A stretch of 64,000 nucleotides of DNA from Hemiscyllium ocellatum (taxonomy: Eukaryota): the NCBI RefSeq assembly GCF_020745735.1, contig NC_083405.1:26874345-26938344 (forward strand), in the 5' to 3' direction. This document shows, in pieces, positions 11,863-26,109 of the stretch. Position numbers and translations under genes: made by a program. Position 1 is the stretch's first letter. The number at the start of each line of letters is the position of its first letter. The notes below the pieces were generated by a model. The model searched no databases. It was not told where the DNA came from and worked only from the letters and a program-made list of their open reading frames with translations.

Positions 11863-14276
11863 ACTGTTAATTGCGACAGATTGGATTTTGCTCATCTGTA
11901 GAGAGGTTTTCAAACTTTCCCCTTCAGTTTCCCGTCTCCAGAAGAGTTCAAAGTTGCCATTGGGTCTGGATTTTTTCAAGAAGTTCTGAAATAATTACAA
12001 GGATGACATTTCCATTTTTGGTGCAGAAGCTCAAAAGAAATTGACATTTAAAGAAACTTGGGCTTTACATCCAAACATTTGTGCCATTTCACTAAAATTT
12101 CTGTTGGAACCCTCTTTAGGTCACTAACAGCTCCATGGTGTTCATATGAAAACATCTGACTTGCTGCATTGATGGTGAATCTGAACTAGTTGTCCATTTT
12201 GCCTCCAATTTTTAAGCCCAGCAGCATCTAACACTAGTCATTGCTCTCTTCTTGTTCTGACATTTTTCCTTTTCCACTTAACATGCATTCAAATATTCAG
12301 AATGCAGGTCATGATTTCTGCGCCACACTGGGACGCTTCCAATATTACATTAATCTATTTGTTAGATATACATTTAATTGAAATGTGAAGTTATCAAATC
12401 TTTTCATAGTGTTTAATGCGCTGAGGCCTGCACTTTTTGTGCCCTGATTATTTTTGCTGTCTGACCTCCACTCATTTGTTTTGCATTCTGTTTTAAATAA
12501 GCCTTCTGAAATTTTGACATGGTAATGGTTAGCATAGAAAGTGGTACAGACTTTTGTGTAACTTAACCAGTTATGCAGTTTCAGAAAATTCTCAACTTGG
12601 TTTTTCCATTTGAAGGCCTTCAAAAAAAAAGTTGAAAGTGAGCCTTGAATGTCAGTCCTTCTGGGGAACTGTTAGAAACCAACGACTTTGAGGATCCGTG
12701 TTCTCTTCTGTTCACCTTGTGTTTCAGTTTATAATTTATGTGGATGAGTGAAAGGAGAAGATTTGGCAGTAGAGTAACTTACTGGTTAAGTACTCAACTG
12801 CTAAGCCAAAAGTTGAATTCAAATTCCACCATGGCGAATAGGGAAATTGAATTCAATAAATTTGATTGGTTCTTGGCCAGCACAATTTTTGTTTTTAAAA
12901 ATTGAACTGATTCATTATCTTTTATGGAGTTGACTCAACACTAATTTCTGAACTCTCTTGCATATCATTGGCATTTCATGGTAAGTAGTAGTAAGGATAA
13001 GTAATGACTTGTAAGTGGTGTATCCCACGATATTTTGCAAAGAGCACCAGTAACCCAAGGTATACGTATAATCTGTATCTTTTCTTCTCAAAACAAATCT
13101 ATAAAATTGGTAGGAGTTCTGCACTTCTAATTTGAGCCTTTATTAGAAAGATTGATTGCAATTTTTATTAATCAGGTTGTGCAGCTTTTTTTAAAGCCTC
13201 CAAATTACAATGCACCACAGACTTTAATTGTTTGCAATTTAAGGTATTAGCTTTTAAATATTTTAGTTTTATTGCCATATTGTAATAGTGCACTTCTCAT
13301 TTGAGGCACTTAATTGGGTAATTCATAAAGAGGGGTATGGTATTGATGCCACTTTAAAATTACTCAGGTACCTTGTGATTACTTCAATTTCAATTGGCCA
13401 TATTTCACTTTGGGTTGGAGAAAAGACTTTTATAAAGAATTTTATTTGGAAAAACAATGACATTTACATACATGGACACGTTTTGAGGATAGCAGACTTT
13501 GGTTGCAATGTTTAGTGTGTCAAGGGAGTGCAGTTGAAAATGATATCCCAATCAGATCAATTGAGGAAGAAAGCCTCAACATTTCAAAAGTACATGAAAA
13601 TGCTTTTGAGGGCTGTAACCTGCAGGAGTGTAAACCCATAGTTTGAAAGTGGGATTAGAATGAATGGACATATTTGGAAGAAAAGGCTGCTTTTTGTGTC
13701 ACAGATTCTGATTTTTGTGAAGCCATATGAATATTTAGAAATACCTTGGAAAAGATGGATGTAAAAATCTATAGTGTCAAATTTCAATTAACATGCTTTG
13801 GATGAAAAGAACATCTTAGCTTAGTTGGCCCTTTTTGCCAACTACAAAATCTCCTTGTACAGCCTCCAATTGATGTGTGCCATGATCATGTTCTTGGAGA
13901 TGCGTGTACTGCAATATTCCTGCAAGCCTGTATTTGCATTTAAACATGTAAAAGCATTTGGCTATAGGATTTAATAACTGCGATGCATTAACTTGGGTTC
14001 TGGTGCTGGTCAACCCTACATCAGGGATGTATCAAATTTTGGCTGGTTCACTAAATGAAACATTTCAAACTTGTATTATTGGCTCACTTTTGTACCAGTA
14101 GCCATCATGAATAACACATGATTCATTCAGTGGAACATCTGATAATGGGGGAAAACCAGTTTGTTTTGAAACTGAAATGCTGGCCTTAACTTGGATTTGA
14201 TTGTAACATACGAAGTGAGCATGAGGAATTGAGACTAATCAGATACTACTTGTTTTGATTTATCATTTATTTCTAA

Positions 14277-14489
<213 letters not shown>

Positions 14490-15951
14490 TAAGATGTTTT
14501 ACTGCACAGGCAGCCTATTTCGTGACTTTTCTCACTTGTTTCTGTTTGTGTTAGATGGTGCATTTATTTTTCTGTTGAAATGTAATTATCCGCCAAATCC
14601 TGACTTAAAATTGAAGTGTAATCAATGACACAGTTAAATGGCTGCCATAATGTTGCTGATATTCTACAGGCGCCATTAAATTTGGTGAAATTGCTTCTAT
14701 TTGGCTTCAGTCTCCCCATCTGAATCAATGGACATAGAAGTGTGTATGTCATTTGTTTTATGTGAAATAAATTCTGCTATATGCTGTAGCATCTGGTACT
14801 GAGATCCATTCGTTTTGTGTTGGGGCAGAGTCCACAGTGCTGAGAACAAGCAAGTGCTCACAAGTTATGATTTGCTACTTCTCAAAAGTTATTTTTAATT
14901 TCTTATGTTGTTTTAAACATTCATCAGTTGTCAAAAATTGAGTATTTGGTTTGAGTTGTGCACATAATCCAGTTACAACAATTAACAAGTACCTTGTTTG
15001 TGTTGGTAGCATTGAATAAAGTCAAACATTGAGCTGATTGTGTTGACACTTAAGTTGCAGCACTGTGCTCAAAGACTGCTCAGCCATTCCTTCTCATCTG
15101 CTAACGTGATACCAGACCTGTATCATCTAATCTTGAGACTGACTCTTAGCTTGTATTCCTCAACACTCAGCAAATATTGGGTATATGTATATTTGGTGTG
15201 TTGGTATGCAGCATGATTCATGCTTGATCAGTTCTTGTGCTATATTTACAGTATAGCATGGAGGATACTATGATCCAAACCACCTAGCAGCATAATTCCT
15301 GCTGTGGGTTGAATTTGAGTAATCCTAAATTTCTGTAGAGATTAATGTTGACAAACTTGAGTTTTGCTTGTAAATTTGTTCATCTGTACGTTGTTAGATG
15401 AATTTCCATTGCAGTTCCATAAATAACATCTTATGAAGACTAAGGAAAGAAAGCAAGATCATGCTGTAAACCCATGCCGTCTAAAAATAAACTACTTTAT
15501 TTGGAACATTGCAGAATTTGTTATTGACTACGGAATGCTATTTCAATTTTAAAAAATTGAATTGGCATTTGGTCAGCTCCTTTTTGTGGTATTATTCAAT
15601 AAGAAGTTTAACTTTTTGTGCTGTGGTTAGAGGATAAGGGTTATCGCCAGTTAGTTGTAAAGTGCATATAATACAAACTAGTGATTTAATTCATTTACAA
15701 CATGTGCAATGAATAGGATTTACTACTTGCTTTTTTCCTGTATCCACTTTTTACATTGCCTACTTAGGAAGAGCTAGTGTCACGTGTCAAGAAAAGATTT
15801 GCTTGTGTGTAAATGTTTTCATGCTATGTGTAGTCATGTGTTTAGTGCTTTCCTTCTTTGACTGATTTTATTAGGATTGGTCCTGGTTAGTTAAATGGAG
15901 TATTCTGATTAAACACTGACTTAATTCAGTTTTGATCTGAACTTATTTCAG

Positions 15952-16117
15952 TGCTGACAATACGTGGGAGCCGGAGGACAATTTGGATTGCCCAGAGTTG
16001 ATTCAGGAGTTTCTGGATTCCCAAAAGGCTACCAAGGAGCGTACCGATGGATTCAAAAGAAAATCTGTCTCTGAAAATGAGGGTGAAGAAAACAAGTCAA
16101 AAAAGAAAAAGGATCCA
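15952..16117 (+). CDS. CBX3: CBX3 exon 4, chromodomain end and hinge ([25 protein letters not shown]...KKKKDP)
   Basis: atttcag acceptor, gtaagc donor, 166 nt. Contains the NTWEPE motif and a basic hinge. Confidence 0.95.
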
Positions 16118-17392
16118 GTAAGCCACTGTCTTCAGGTTGATGTTTCCTGCACTATTTCAGCTGAAGCAGCTTTTATTTACTTTACAACAAGGCTGTGCAA
16201 AACAATAGTCTAGCAAAACAACAGAAACCAAAGATGATATCTGCTTTTTGCTGCACTATTTCTCACATTAGAAATCAAGCAAGAGCATTGTTCCCTGGCC
16301 ACTAGTTGTGTGCAGTTACTTCACATGTTAAAAGTAGCTTGTCTCAATGCTTTTGGGGGTTTAATCATTTGCTTATTCCCATTCCACCTGAGCAATGTGA
16401 ATGAGTCAATTAGGAAGGATGTAGCAGATGGTGTAAATTCAGGTCATGAGTCTACTGTCAATTTAAATCAAATTGCCACCTGCCTGACACCTTAACCTAG
16501 CAATAAATTTGATATATTGCAAATGGAAGTAACTTGGTGAGTAGAATTTTCAGGGGCATTTTCACATTTGAGATTCCAAAAAAAACACTTAGTTCCGAAT
16601 AACAATTGAATTGCCTCCCTGAGATAACCTTTTAAATATTGTCACATTTTATTTAATTTCCTACATTGGTCCAGGTGCTTTTAATAAATTTGATTGTCAG
16701 TAGATATGTTTAGGACTGCCTTGTAGCACATGCCAGTGTCCCTACCCCTGGACCAGGTGGCCTGGGTTTCCGTCTCACCTGTTCTAGAGGTGTGTAATAA
16801 CATCTATAAATCTATATGATTAGAAAAATAAGTTTTTTTTTCTGAAAAAAACCATGCATTTATAAGGATTCTTCTGGCACAGTGACTAAATCCCTACTCT
16901 GGCTCAGGAGACCCAGGTTCAAGTTCCATCCATTGCATATGTGTAAGAGGACATCTGAACAGCTTGGTTTGAAAATATCTATATGCGTTTATGGAGAACC
17001 TCTTCATTTTTAAAAATTAATTTTAAATAAAAGGCATAAAGAGGTGGAAATAATTAAAGTGCTCTAAGCCTGCAGAGGAAGTGGTCTTTGGGAAGGTTTA
17101 TAAGGTCTGAGGAAGAATGTAATGCTGTGATTGGGAGATAGAGGGAAGTTTGAGGACTTGTTAAGAGAATGGGATTACCTGAGTACCAGTTTTCAGCTTA
17201 ATGTGTTGGGGCTGGACTCCCGATTAGTGAAGATGATTATGATCACATGGTAAAATTTTATTATTTATTTCATAATGACTGTCTCAGTTGCTTACACAAT
17301 GAGGTGCTACTAGTGCTGAGATGGCAATCAGCACATGCTATGATAGATGTGATAAATGGCTTTATAGTTAAGGATCAAAGATGCCAAAGTTT

Positions 17393-18215
17393 AAAGTTTG
17401 TGAGAAGATTTGTAGCACGGATGCTTGTTGTTGTGGTTCTGTTCGCCGAGCTGAGAGTTTTTGTTGCAAACGTTTCGTTCCCTTTCTAGGTGACATCCTC
17501 AGTGCTTGGGAGCCTCCTGTGAAGCACTTCTGTGCTGATTTCCTCTGGCATTTATACTGGTTTGAATCTGCCGCTTCCGATTGTCAGTTGCTGTCTGCTG
17601 CAGTGGCCGGTATATAGGGTCTAGGTCGATGTTTGTTGATCGAATTTGTGGATGAGTGCCATGCCTCTAGGAATTCCCTGGCTGTTCTCTGTTTGGCTTG
17701 CCCTATAATAGTATTGTTGTCCCAATCGAATTCATGTTGTTAGTCATCTGAGTGTATGGCTACTAGGGATAGCTGGTCATGTCGTTTCGTGGCTAGTTGG
17801 TGTTCATGTTTGCTTGACAGCTAACAACCCGCATCCATGAACATCAACTAGCCACGAAACGACATGACCAGCTATCGCTAATAGCCATACACTCGGATGA
17901 CAAACAACATGAATTCGATTGGGACAGCACCACTATTATAGGGCAAGCCAAACAGAGAACAGCTAGGGAATTCCTAGAGGCATGGCACTCATCCACAAAT
18001 TCGATCAACAGACACATCGACCTAGACCCTATATACCGGCCACTGCAGCGGACAGCAACTGACAACTGGAAGCGGCAGATTTAAACCACTATAAATGCCG
18101 GAGGAATCAGCACAGAAGCGCTTCACAGGAGGCTGCCAAGCACTGAGGATGTCACCTAGAAAGGGGACGAAATGTTTGCAGCAAAAACTCCCAGCTCGGC
18201 GAACAGAACCACAAC
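17393..18215. mobile_element. Penelope-like element (Poseidon/Penelope-type) inverted 3'-end pair with GIY-YIG C-terminus and hammerhead motifs
   Basis: ~380-bp inverted arms. The plus arm translates QLTTRIHEH...HEFDWD...AREFLEAWHS...SINRHIDLDPIY. TSD ATGCCAAAGTTT at 17381-17392 and 18216-18227. Confidence 0.85.
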
Positions 18216-18682
18216 ATGCCAAAGTTTTGCCAGAACTGGTTCAGTTTGAGTATGTACTCCAGGTGGCTTAATGTTTATGAATGCCAAGTTAGAAGTTTAG
18301 TTTTCCTGATTTTTCGGAAGGAAAAGCCAATGGCTAACAATGAAATTACAAGCGATTATTGTGAAATATCGCTGGACATCTTAGGAGACTATCTAGAAAT
18401 GGGTCATTGTCCTATGATTGCTAATAGGATGTGTCTTTTGAAACTTAATTTCTGTTGCCGAGTTCTTGGATCCCACACTCTAAAATTTTCTCTCCAGACT
18501 GCTCTGCTTTCCCACATCTTTCATTTTATGATCTTCCCAGTTTTTGACCAAGCTTGTTAACTACTCAATATATCCTCCTCTTGTTGAGGGCCAGTTTTTG
18601 CTCCCCACCTAAAAAAAAAAATCAGTGTAAGTTCTTTTGGATGTTCCTTTGTTAGAAAGGGCTATTGCACTTACACAAATGT

Positions 18683-18940
18683 GGGCAGCACGGTGGCACA
18701 GTAGTTATCACTGTTGCCTCACAGCACCAGAGACCCGGGTTCAGTTCCCGCCTCAGGCAACTGTCTGTGTGGGTTTCCTCGCACAGTCCAAAAATGTGCA
18801 GGTTAGGTGAATTGGCCATGCTAAATTGCCCGTAGTGTTGGGTGAAGGGGTAAATGAATGGGTCTGGGTGGGTTGCTCTTCAGAGGGTCGGTATGGACTT
18901 GTTGGGCCGAAGGGCCTGTTTCTACACTGGAGGTAATCTC
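18683..18940 (+). mobile_element. HE1-type SINE (small internal deletion)
   Basis: gggcagcacggtggcacagtagtt head through ...gggccgaagggcctgttt tail. Confidence 0.85.
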
Positions 18941-19271
18941 GTCTAAAAATTCAGGAACAGGTTGGAGTATTGAGATTCCTATATTGTGGTCATTTGGAGA
19001 TGAAAAGAATCTATTTGCTTTGTTTATATAGTAGGAAGTGAGTCATGAGGGTAGTCCACAGAATGCAAGTAGAGACATACATTCAGTGTGCAAAATCTCA
19101 GCAAAAGTTGAAAATTTTAAGGACAAATCACTAGCTCCTAATGTATATAGACAATCCCAGGAAGCTGACTGCATCCAATGTTTCATTGGGGAATGAAATT
19201 ACGTAATATGTTATACTTAAAGTGTTGCAAAATGATATGCAGATCTGTTTGGTCAACATATTTCCCTTACT

Positions 19272-20380
19272 ACAGCATCCAGAATACTCCCTTGCTCTTT
19301 TAAAGGTGACTTGATAAGATCACCTATGTTAGTGACCACACAGTCAAGGGAATGGCAGCTGAATGGGATGGAATTCAAGTAATTAAATGGTGGATGTGGA
19401 CAGGTTTAATGTTTGAACATGGTAGGCAACAGTGAAATTAAATGAGTCATAGTAATTGAAGATTCAGTCGAAGTGGATGAGCAGAGGAGGAATGATTATT
19501 GCATGGTTGATCTCCGTAACAAAATCCATGGAACCTTTTCTGTCTGAAGGTGAGGGAAGAATGAAAAGGAATTTTTGGGGGTGTAGAGTCAATTAAAAGG
19601 TATGTGTCCCTTTTAATTCTGATCCTAATGCACCACTCAACATGGTAAAAGCTGGTTAGGTGATCATGGACTAGTTGATTGTTTGCTCCAGTTTGAAAAC
19701 TCCAGAGGGAAGAAAAGAGAGGAATACCACAGAAGAATATTAGATCTTTGTTCATCTTTTGCTTTTGAAGATCTTCTCTCTCATATTTTTCTCTAGTGTT
19801 TCTCTTTTCTTCCCTCAGTCTGGGGTTTTCAAACTGGAGCACACAACCGATCTAGTCCATGATCACTTGATCTGCTTTCATCGTATTGAATGGTGCAATA
19901 GGCCAGATACCTTTTTTTTAATTGACTGTACACCTCCCAAGGAGGACAAAGTGAGGACTGCAGATGCTGGAGATCAGGAAGAAGGGCTTCTGCCCGAAAC
20001 GTCGATTCTCCTGTTTCTTTGCTGCCTGACCTGCTGCGCTTTTCCAGCAACACATTTTTAAGCTCTGTACACCTCCCAAGATTGCTTTCCTGTTCTTCCC
20101 TCACCTTCGAACAGAAAGGCCCAATGGATTTTGCTATTGAGATCAACCATGCAATAATCATCCCTCTTCTGCTCACCCACTTTTACTGAATCCTCGTTTA
20201 CTGTGACTTTCATTTCACTGTTGCCTACTACGTCCAAACTTACAACCTGTCATAGCCACAATTTAATTAGTTTAATTCCACCCCTCAGCTGCTATTCCCT
20301 TGACTATATGATTATGAACACTTGATAAGATCTCATGACATCTTTTTAAAGGTGCAAGGAAGTACTACTGGTATCATTGT
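19272..20380. mobile_element. Long fold-back (inverted repeat) element, MITE/non-autonomous DNA-transposon-like
   Basis: Arm ~19272-19750 is the diverged reverse complement of ~19770-20380, e.g. ctccagtttgaaaac/gttttcaaactggag and tgattattgcatggttgatctc/gagatcaaccatgcaataatca. Confidence 0.75.
19942..20064. mobile_element. Short Penelope-like pLTR insertion with internal inversion
   Basis: 16-bp TSD CTGTACACCTCCCAAG at 19926-19941 and 20065-20080. Contains gggcttctgcccGAAACGTCGA. Confidence 0.85.
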
Positions 20381-20384
20381 CAAC

Positions 20385-21190
20385 ATGTGGGAAGAAGATA
20401 GAGTTTAATTTAGATAAATGTGAAGTGCTGTATTTTGGAAAGGCACATTAGGGCAGGACTTAATGGTAAGGTCCTAGGGAGTGTTGCTGAACAAAGAGAC
20501 CTTGGAATGCAGGTTCATTGCTCCTTGAAAGTGGAGTCGCAGGTACATAGGATAGTGAAGAAGGCGTTTGATATGTTTTCCTTTATTATTCAGTGCACTG
20601 ACTATAGGATTTGGGATGTCATGATGTGGCCATACAGGACATTGGTTTGGTCACTTTTGGTTTCCTGTTGGAAGGATGTTGTGAAGCTTGAAAGGGTTCA
20701 GAAAAGATTTACAAGGATGTTGCCTGGGTTGGAGGGTTTGAGCTAAAAGGAGAGGCTAAATAGGCTGGTGCTGATTTTCCTGGAGCGTCGGAGGCTGAGG
20801 GGTGACCTTTAATAGAGGTTTATAAAATCATATGGGGCATGGAGAGGGTAAATAGACAAGCTCTTTTCCCTGAGGTGGGGGGGGGGGGTCCGGGGCTAGA
20901 GGGTATAGGTATAGAGTGAGATGGGAAAAATATGAGACACCTAAGGGGCAACCTTTTCACATAGTGGGGGTTGTGGATGTAATGAGCTGCCAGAGGAAGT
21001 GGTGGAGGCTGGTACACTTACAACATTTAAAAGACATCTGGATAGGTATATGAAGTGAAAAGGTTTAGAGGTATGTGGTTCAAGTGTTGGAAAATGGGAC
21101 TAGATTAGGTTAGGATAATGTCCATGCTGATCAGTTACAAGTTGTGGATCGAGGCGTCTGTTCCCATTGCTGTGCATGTCTATGAATCTA
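20385..21190 (+). mobile_element. CR1/HER1 LINE 3' fragment
   Basis: Degenerate ORF2 C-terminus (QRDLG, LERVQKRFTRMLPGL) and CR1 3' UTR. Confidence 0.85.
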
Positions 21191-22395
21191 ATGTCACAGA
21201 CTATTTAAAAAGTGCAGCTTTTAGTGAGCTGGCCAAATGTTCTTCCAACATGTACACTCCCTACTGGTATCATTCTGGGAATTGGGTAGTAAAGAACACC
21301 TGGTCAGAAATGGCTGTGGTCTGTTTGAGATCATGGAAGTGGAGATCTCTTGCAGTAGCAAGGTTTGTGCATTTAGAAGTTGCCTGGCAAGATTAAGCAT
21401 GGTTAGAAGTTTTCTTAAATTTGAAGGTGTAGATTAAAGAATTGATTGGCACTTAATACATAAAAGCTGATTGAAATGTTTGAGAAAGTTTGCATGGATT
21501 TCAGTTGATGCATGATAAGAAATGCTGAAATGGATGGTTATAAGGATCATATTCAAGTAGAAAAAGGCAATGTCTAGCCAGGTGGAAATTAACAGTATAA
21601 GCACTTTTTGGAAATTTTACCATTTTAGTATGTCCGTGAATGTGCTATTGAAGAGAGAGTTTTCTTCTTAGTTGATGTTTAAATGTTTTCTTATGGCTTA
21701 ATGGCAATAGGACATTTTTGAATTATTATAAAAACAGATTTTTAAAGCAGTGGACATGTAGAGGGCAGTTCGCTAGTGGGGCTGTTGGATAAACTTGGTC
21801 CCATAAGCCCTTTTGATAGAGTAATCAGCCAAATGTCAGGAAGTCATCTGTAAGTATGAGGGTCTGCTGCAGCAGTAATGTCCTCCTGCTTGCTGTCACG
21901 TTAGTAATTAAGGTTGTAGACTTTGTGCATAATTATTTTAATAAAGGGAAGGTGAGAAGTTGTGCAGTTTTGCTGAAGGGGAAGATTAAATATGGTGGGT
22001 AAAAGTGAGGTTGAAGGGTGAAATCAGAATGATTAGTGTCTCCAGTATTTTGATGTCCTTTTACAACTGTTGGCAATTTTCAAAATTGGTGAGATCAAGG
22101 GGAACTGAAATACATTGCCTTTTGTGAGCCACTTAAAAACCTAAATCTGCTATCCAGGTCAGCATAGCATCAATTAAGTAGTGAATCAATTTTTGCTACT
22201 GCTCACTCTCACTCTCTCTTATTCAATCCATTGTATCACTACCTCGTGTGCCAGCTATCCAAATATCTCTTAGTGACAAATTCACTTGGTTTTAAAGTGT
22301 ATGCCATTGTAGGATCCTTATCTGCATAACATAATTTGTATACATGTTTTCTATAACTTTAATGTTTGCATTATAAAATAATATATTTCTTTTAA

Positions 22396-22497
<102 letters not shown>

Positions 22498-24109
22498 TAA
22501 AGATTTTTATTGTAAATTATGCTCGAGTTCCAGTGTAGATTAATCTGCAGTTACAAGAATAGTTTACTACGGTTTGTGTGTTAGTGGTATGTTCCGTTCA
22601 GTATTACAAGAACATCTCAAATTTACTTGAATAGAATGCTAAACTTGCCAGAAAACTCAGTTCAGGAGAACGAAGAAATTTAGTGCTTGTCCTAACTCAG
22701 TGACTTACAGCCTAAGAAATACTTTTGTTTATGAAGCATGGCAAGCAATTTGCACAGTATAGCCCCAGCAATGTAGTGATTCAATTTTCCCTGTATTGGT
22801 TAAAGGATATGTATTTGCCGAGATGGACAAGGTATAGGGTTATGTCCTACTCCTGTTGCTATGTTTCTTCAGCTTCTCCCTGTCAATTACTTTTATTGTC
22901 CAACCCACAGATATCCTATTTTGGTCTCTTCTTTGGATGCTGGCTCCTCAACAGTTTCCCATTTGATCTAATGATGATTTCTTAATTTAGAGGATCTTTA
23001 TTAAATTTTCCAATAACGTTTTGGGGTCTAAGAACAACAACCTTTCTAGGCTTGGCATGTAACTGCAATCCTAATTCTCTCAAAGTTTCAGTAAATCATC
23101 TGCGTTTTCTCTATAGACACAACATTCTCGCAAAACTTAAACTGTGCTGATCACTACTACTTGCTTTTATACTCCCTGCCTCTCTTTATTAAGCCACAAT
23201 CCTAAATGTTGTTTTAAGATCCTTCTTGACTGAAGTCCAAAGATTGTTCGGGTTGGGCAGGAATGTGGAGTTGAGCCTGCAAGATCATGATCTTTTTGAA
23301 AAGCAGAGTAGGCTGCTGGGCCAAATGACTACTTACTCCTAATTCATATATCCATGTGTTCTTTATGTAATTCGATCTTCAAAAACTTTCTGCGATCCCC
23401 AGGTTTCTCTTCCTACGTGTCCAGTATTGTATAATTTAGTTTCTGTTGTCTCAGTTCATTTATTCTATCAAAGTGTTTCACTCCATTTCTGTTAAATTGT
23501 ATCAGCCCATTTCACCAATCTGCCAATGTTTTCTTAAGTCTGTTACTTTCACCTTGCTCCTTTCAAAGGTTTCACCTTTATCTCCCCATCCTCTGTTAAT
23601 TTATATTCAAGCCGACAGTATTAATTGACATCTCCACAGGGATGTAGGTTATTCCTAATCAGGGCTGGGGCCCTCTCTGCCCTTGCCTGTCTTGTTTGGG
23701 GTGCAGGGGGAATTGTACCAAATAAAAAAATTTTGAATTTATAACATTTCTTGTTAAATAGGAAGCTAACCCAAGGCACTTTAGGGAATTGTATTTTTGT
23801 ACAGTGTGCGAAAACAGTGGGAACCTGGGTTATTTTGACTGGACAAGGCAGGAGGAATGTAGCAAAGGGAATTGAACAAATGATCTTCATCTTAAAAAAT
23901 CTTGAAGTGCCTTGCAATTCATAGAAATGTTGAAGGCATTTCGGCCCAACATATTTATGGCAGCTGATTATAGGACCAATTTGGCCAGGCCCATATCTCT
24001 TCAAATTTCATCTCTTCACGTGTGTCCATTTCCTTTTAACATTGCAATTCAGTCTACCTGTATGCCACGCTTTGGACAGTGCATTCCAGGTTAAACTATT
24101 TTGCATAAA

Positions 24110-25830
24110 ATAGAAACATACAAATGAAGAATAGGAGTAGGCCATTCAGCCCCTTGAGCCTGCTACATTATGCACTAAGATTACGGCTAATCTGATTGTA
24201 ACATCAAATTCACATTCCCAGCTGGCCCTGATAAGCTTCAGCCTTTTCTGAACAAGAATCCCATCCACCATCTCTTAAACAATGTAAGGGTTTAGTTTCT
24301 GCCACAGTTTTCAGTAAACACCACCTCTGTTTTAAATGAGTAGCCCCTGACTTTTAAATAGTGACTCCCATGAAAGGGAACATCCACTTGACATTTTTCC
24401 TGTCAAGACCCCTCTGGATCTAGTAAAATTCAATCAAGGTGCCTCTTATTCTTCTAAATACCAATAGACACAAATATAGCCTATGCAATTGTTTCTCAAT
24501 AACAACCCTCTCATTCCAGGTCATAGTCGAGCAAACCTTCTCTGAAGTGCCTCAAACTTATTTACCTCCTTAAATAATGTGACCAGTATTGTGCACGTGT
24601 GGTCTCACCAATAACTTGTGTAACTGAAACATAATCTCCCTACTGTTATATTTCTTCTCGTGATAAATGGTAACATTCTATTTGTTTCCCTAATTACTTG
24701 TACTTGCACCATGTGTGATCCATGAACAAGAAGGCTCCAAACCTTCTGCAAGCCAGCGATCCACAATCTCTCAGCATTTAAATAATGTTCTTATATTCAT
24801 CCTGCCAAATGGACACTTTCACAGTTTCCTACATTGTGATCCATTTGCCAAACTTTTGCACATTGTCTCAACCTATCGGTGACTCTTTGTAGACTCCTTA
24901 TATCATCTTCACAACTGTCATTCTTACCTATTCATGTCATCAGCAAATTTAGCTATCATACCATTGGTCACTTCAATAAACATGATAAATGATTTCCCTT
25001 TGACAAAATCCTTTTAGCTTAGTTTAATTGTATCAAGCTTATCCTCATGTTCTATTATAATGCCTTTACTAATAGTTTCTAGCATTTCTCTATCATAGAT
25101 AAGTTAACTGGGCTGCATTTGCTTGCTTTCTGCCTCCTTCCTTTTTGATCAAAGTTAGTTTTTGACCTAAAGGAAGCTTTTCTAAATCTAACTGGTTTTA
25201 ATTCTCCAAAACATATGTATCATCCATTTAATTGGTTATTGATAGAACACAAGGATGAAATCCATCACGACTTGGGGACTTGTCAACTCTGTTCCTACAG
25301 TTTACTCAGTAATACTTCCTTGATGATTGTAGTCTACATTCCTCCTTCTTTCTTTCAATTTTCTAATTTATAGCTATTTTCTGATGTCATTCATATATCC
25401 TCCTCTAGTGAAGACCAACATTGAGGTCAGTGCTTGCTTTAACTTTAAATAGAATTGGACTCCGGTACTGATGTCAGTGCCTCATGAACTGAAACCCATT
25501 CCACCTATACCAACCTTAACTCTTTGACCTTTTTTTTAAACCCTATGCTAGTTTGCCCAAGGCCGAGATGGTAATCCGGAGATTGTTGCATTAGAGATTC
25601 TGTCTTTCAATTTAGGTCATGTGTTCCAAGTCTTTCAGCAAAATCTCCTTTTTAGTTCTAACAATGTTGTAGGTAACACCAGACAGTCATCTGTACACCT
25701 GCTCATGGCTGCAGAAAACATTATATATTCCCTAACTATTGTGTCACCTACCACAACCACGCATCTATTTCTTTCTCCCACTTGTATGGCTCCTCTTGAT
25801 GTTGGTGAGGCCTCTTCTGGAATACTGTCA
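24110..25830 (-). mobile_element. Old, heavily deleted CR1 LINE (3' end, RT remnants, ORF1 esterase remnant)
   Basis: Reverse CR1 3' tail aggagtaggccattcagccc. ORF 25635..26051 contains VVVVGDTIVR, a GDS-like motif of CR1 ORF1. Confidence 0.55.
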
Positions 25831-25899
25831 CCCTGTTTTAGGATATTATTAAGCTGGAGAGGGTTCAGCAGAGATTTACTAGGATGTTGGTAGAAGCAT

Positions 25900-26088
25900 C
25901 GGCACGGTGGCACAGTGGTTAGCACTGCTGCCTCACAGCACCAGGGACCTGGGTTCAATTCCCGCCTCAGGCGACTGACTGTGTGGAGTTTGCACATTCT
26001 CCCCGTGTCTGCGTGGGTTTCCTCCCACAGTCCAAAGATGTGCGGGTCCACACTGTAAGTAATCTAATCTAAAGTAAGTAATCTAATC
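25900..26088 (+). mobile_element. HE1-type SINE with large internal deletion and (TCTAA)n tail
   Basis: Intact tRNA head (TGGCACAGTGG, GGTTCAATTCC) fused directly to cacactgtaagtaatctaatct. Confidence 0.85.
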
Positions 26089-26109
26089 ATCAACATCTTC
26101 TCCTTCCAC

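Noticed and set aside
14100-14150. Intronic C/D snoRNA candidate (CTGA with short terminal complementarity)
   Set aside because: No proper RTGATGA C box is present, and the segment is too short.
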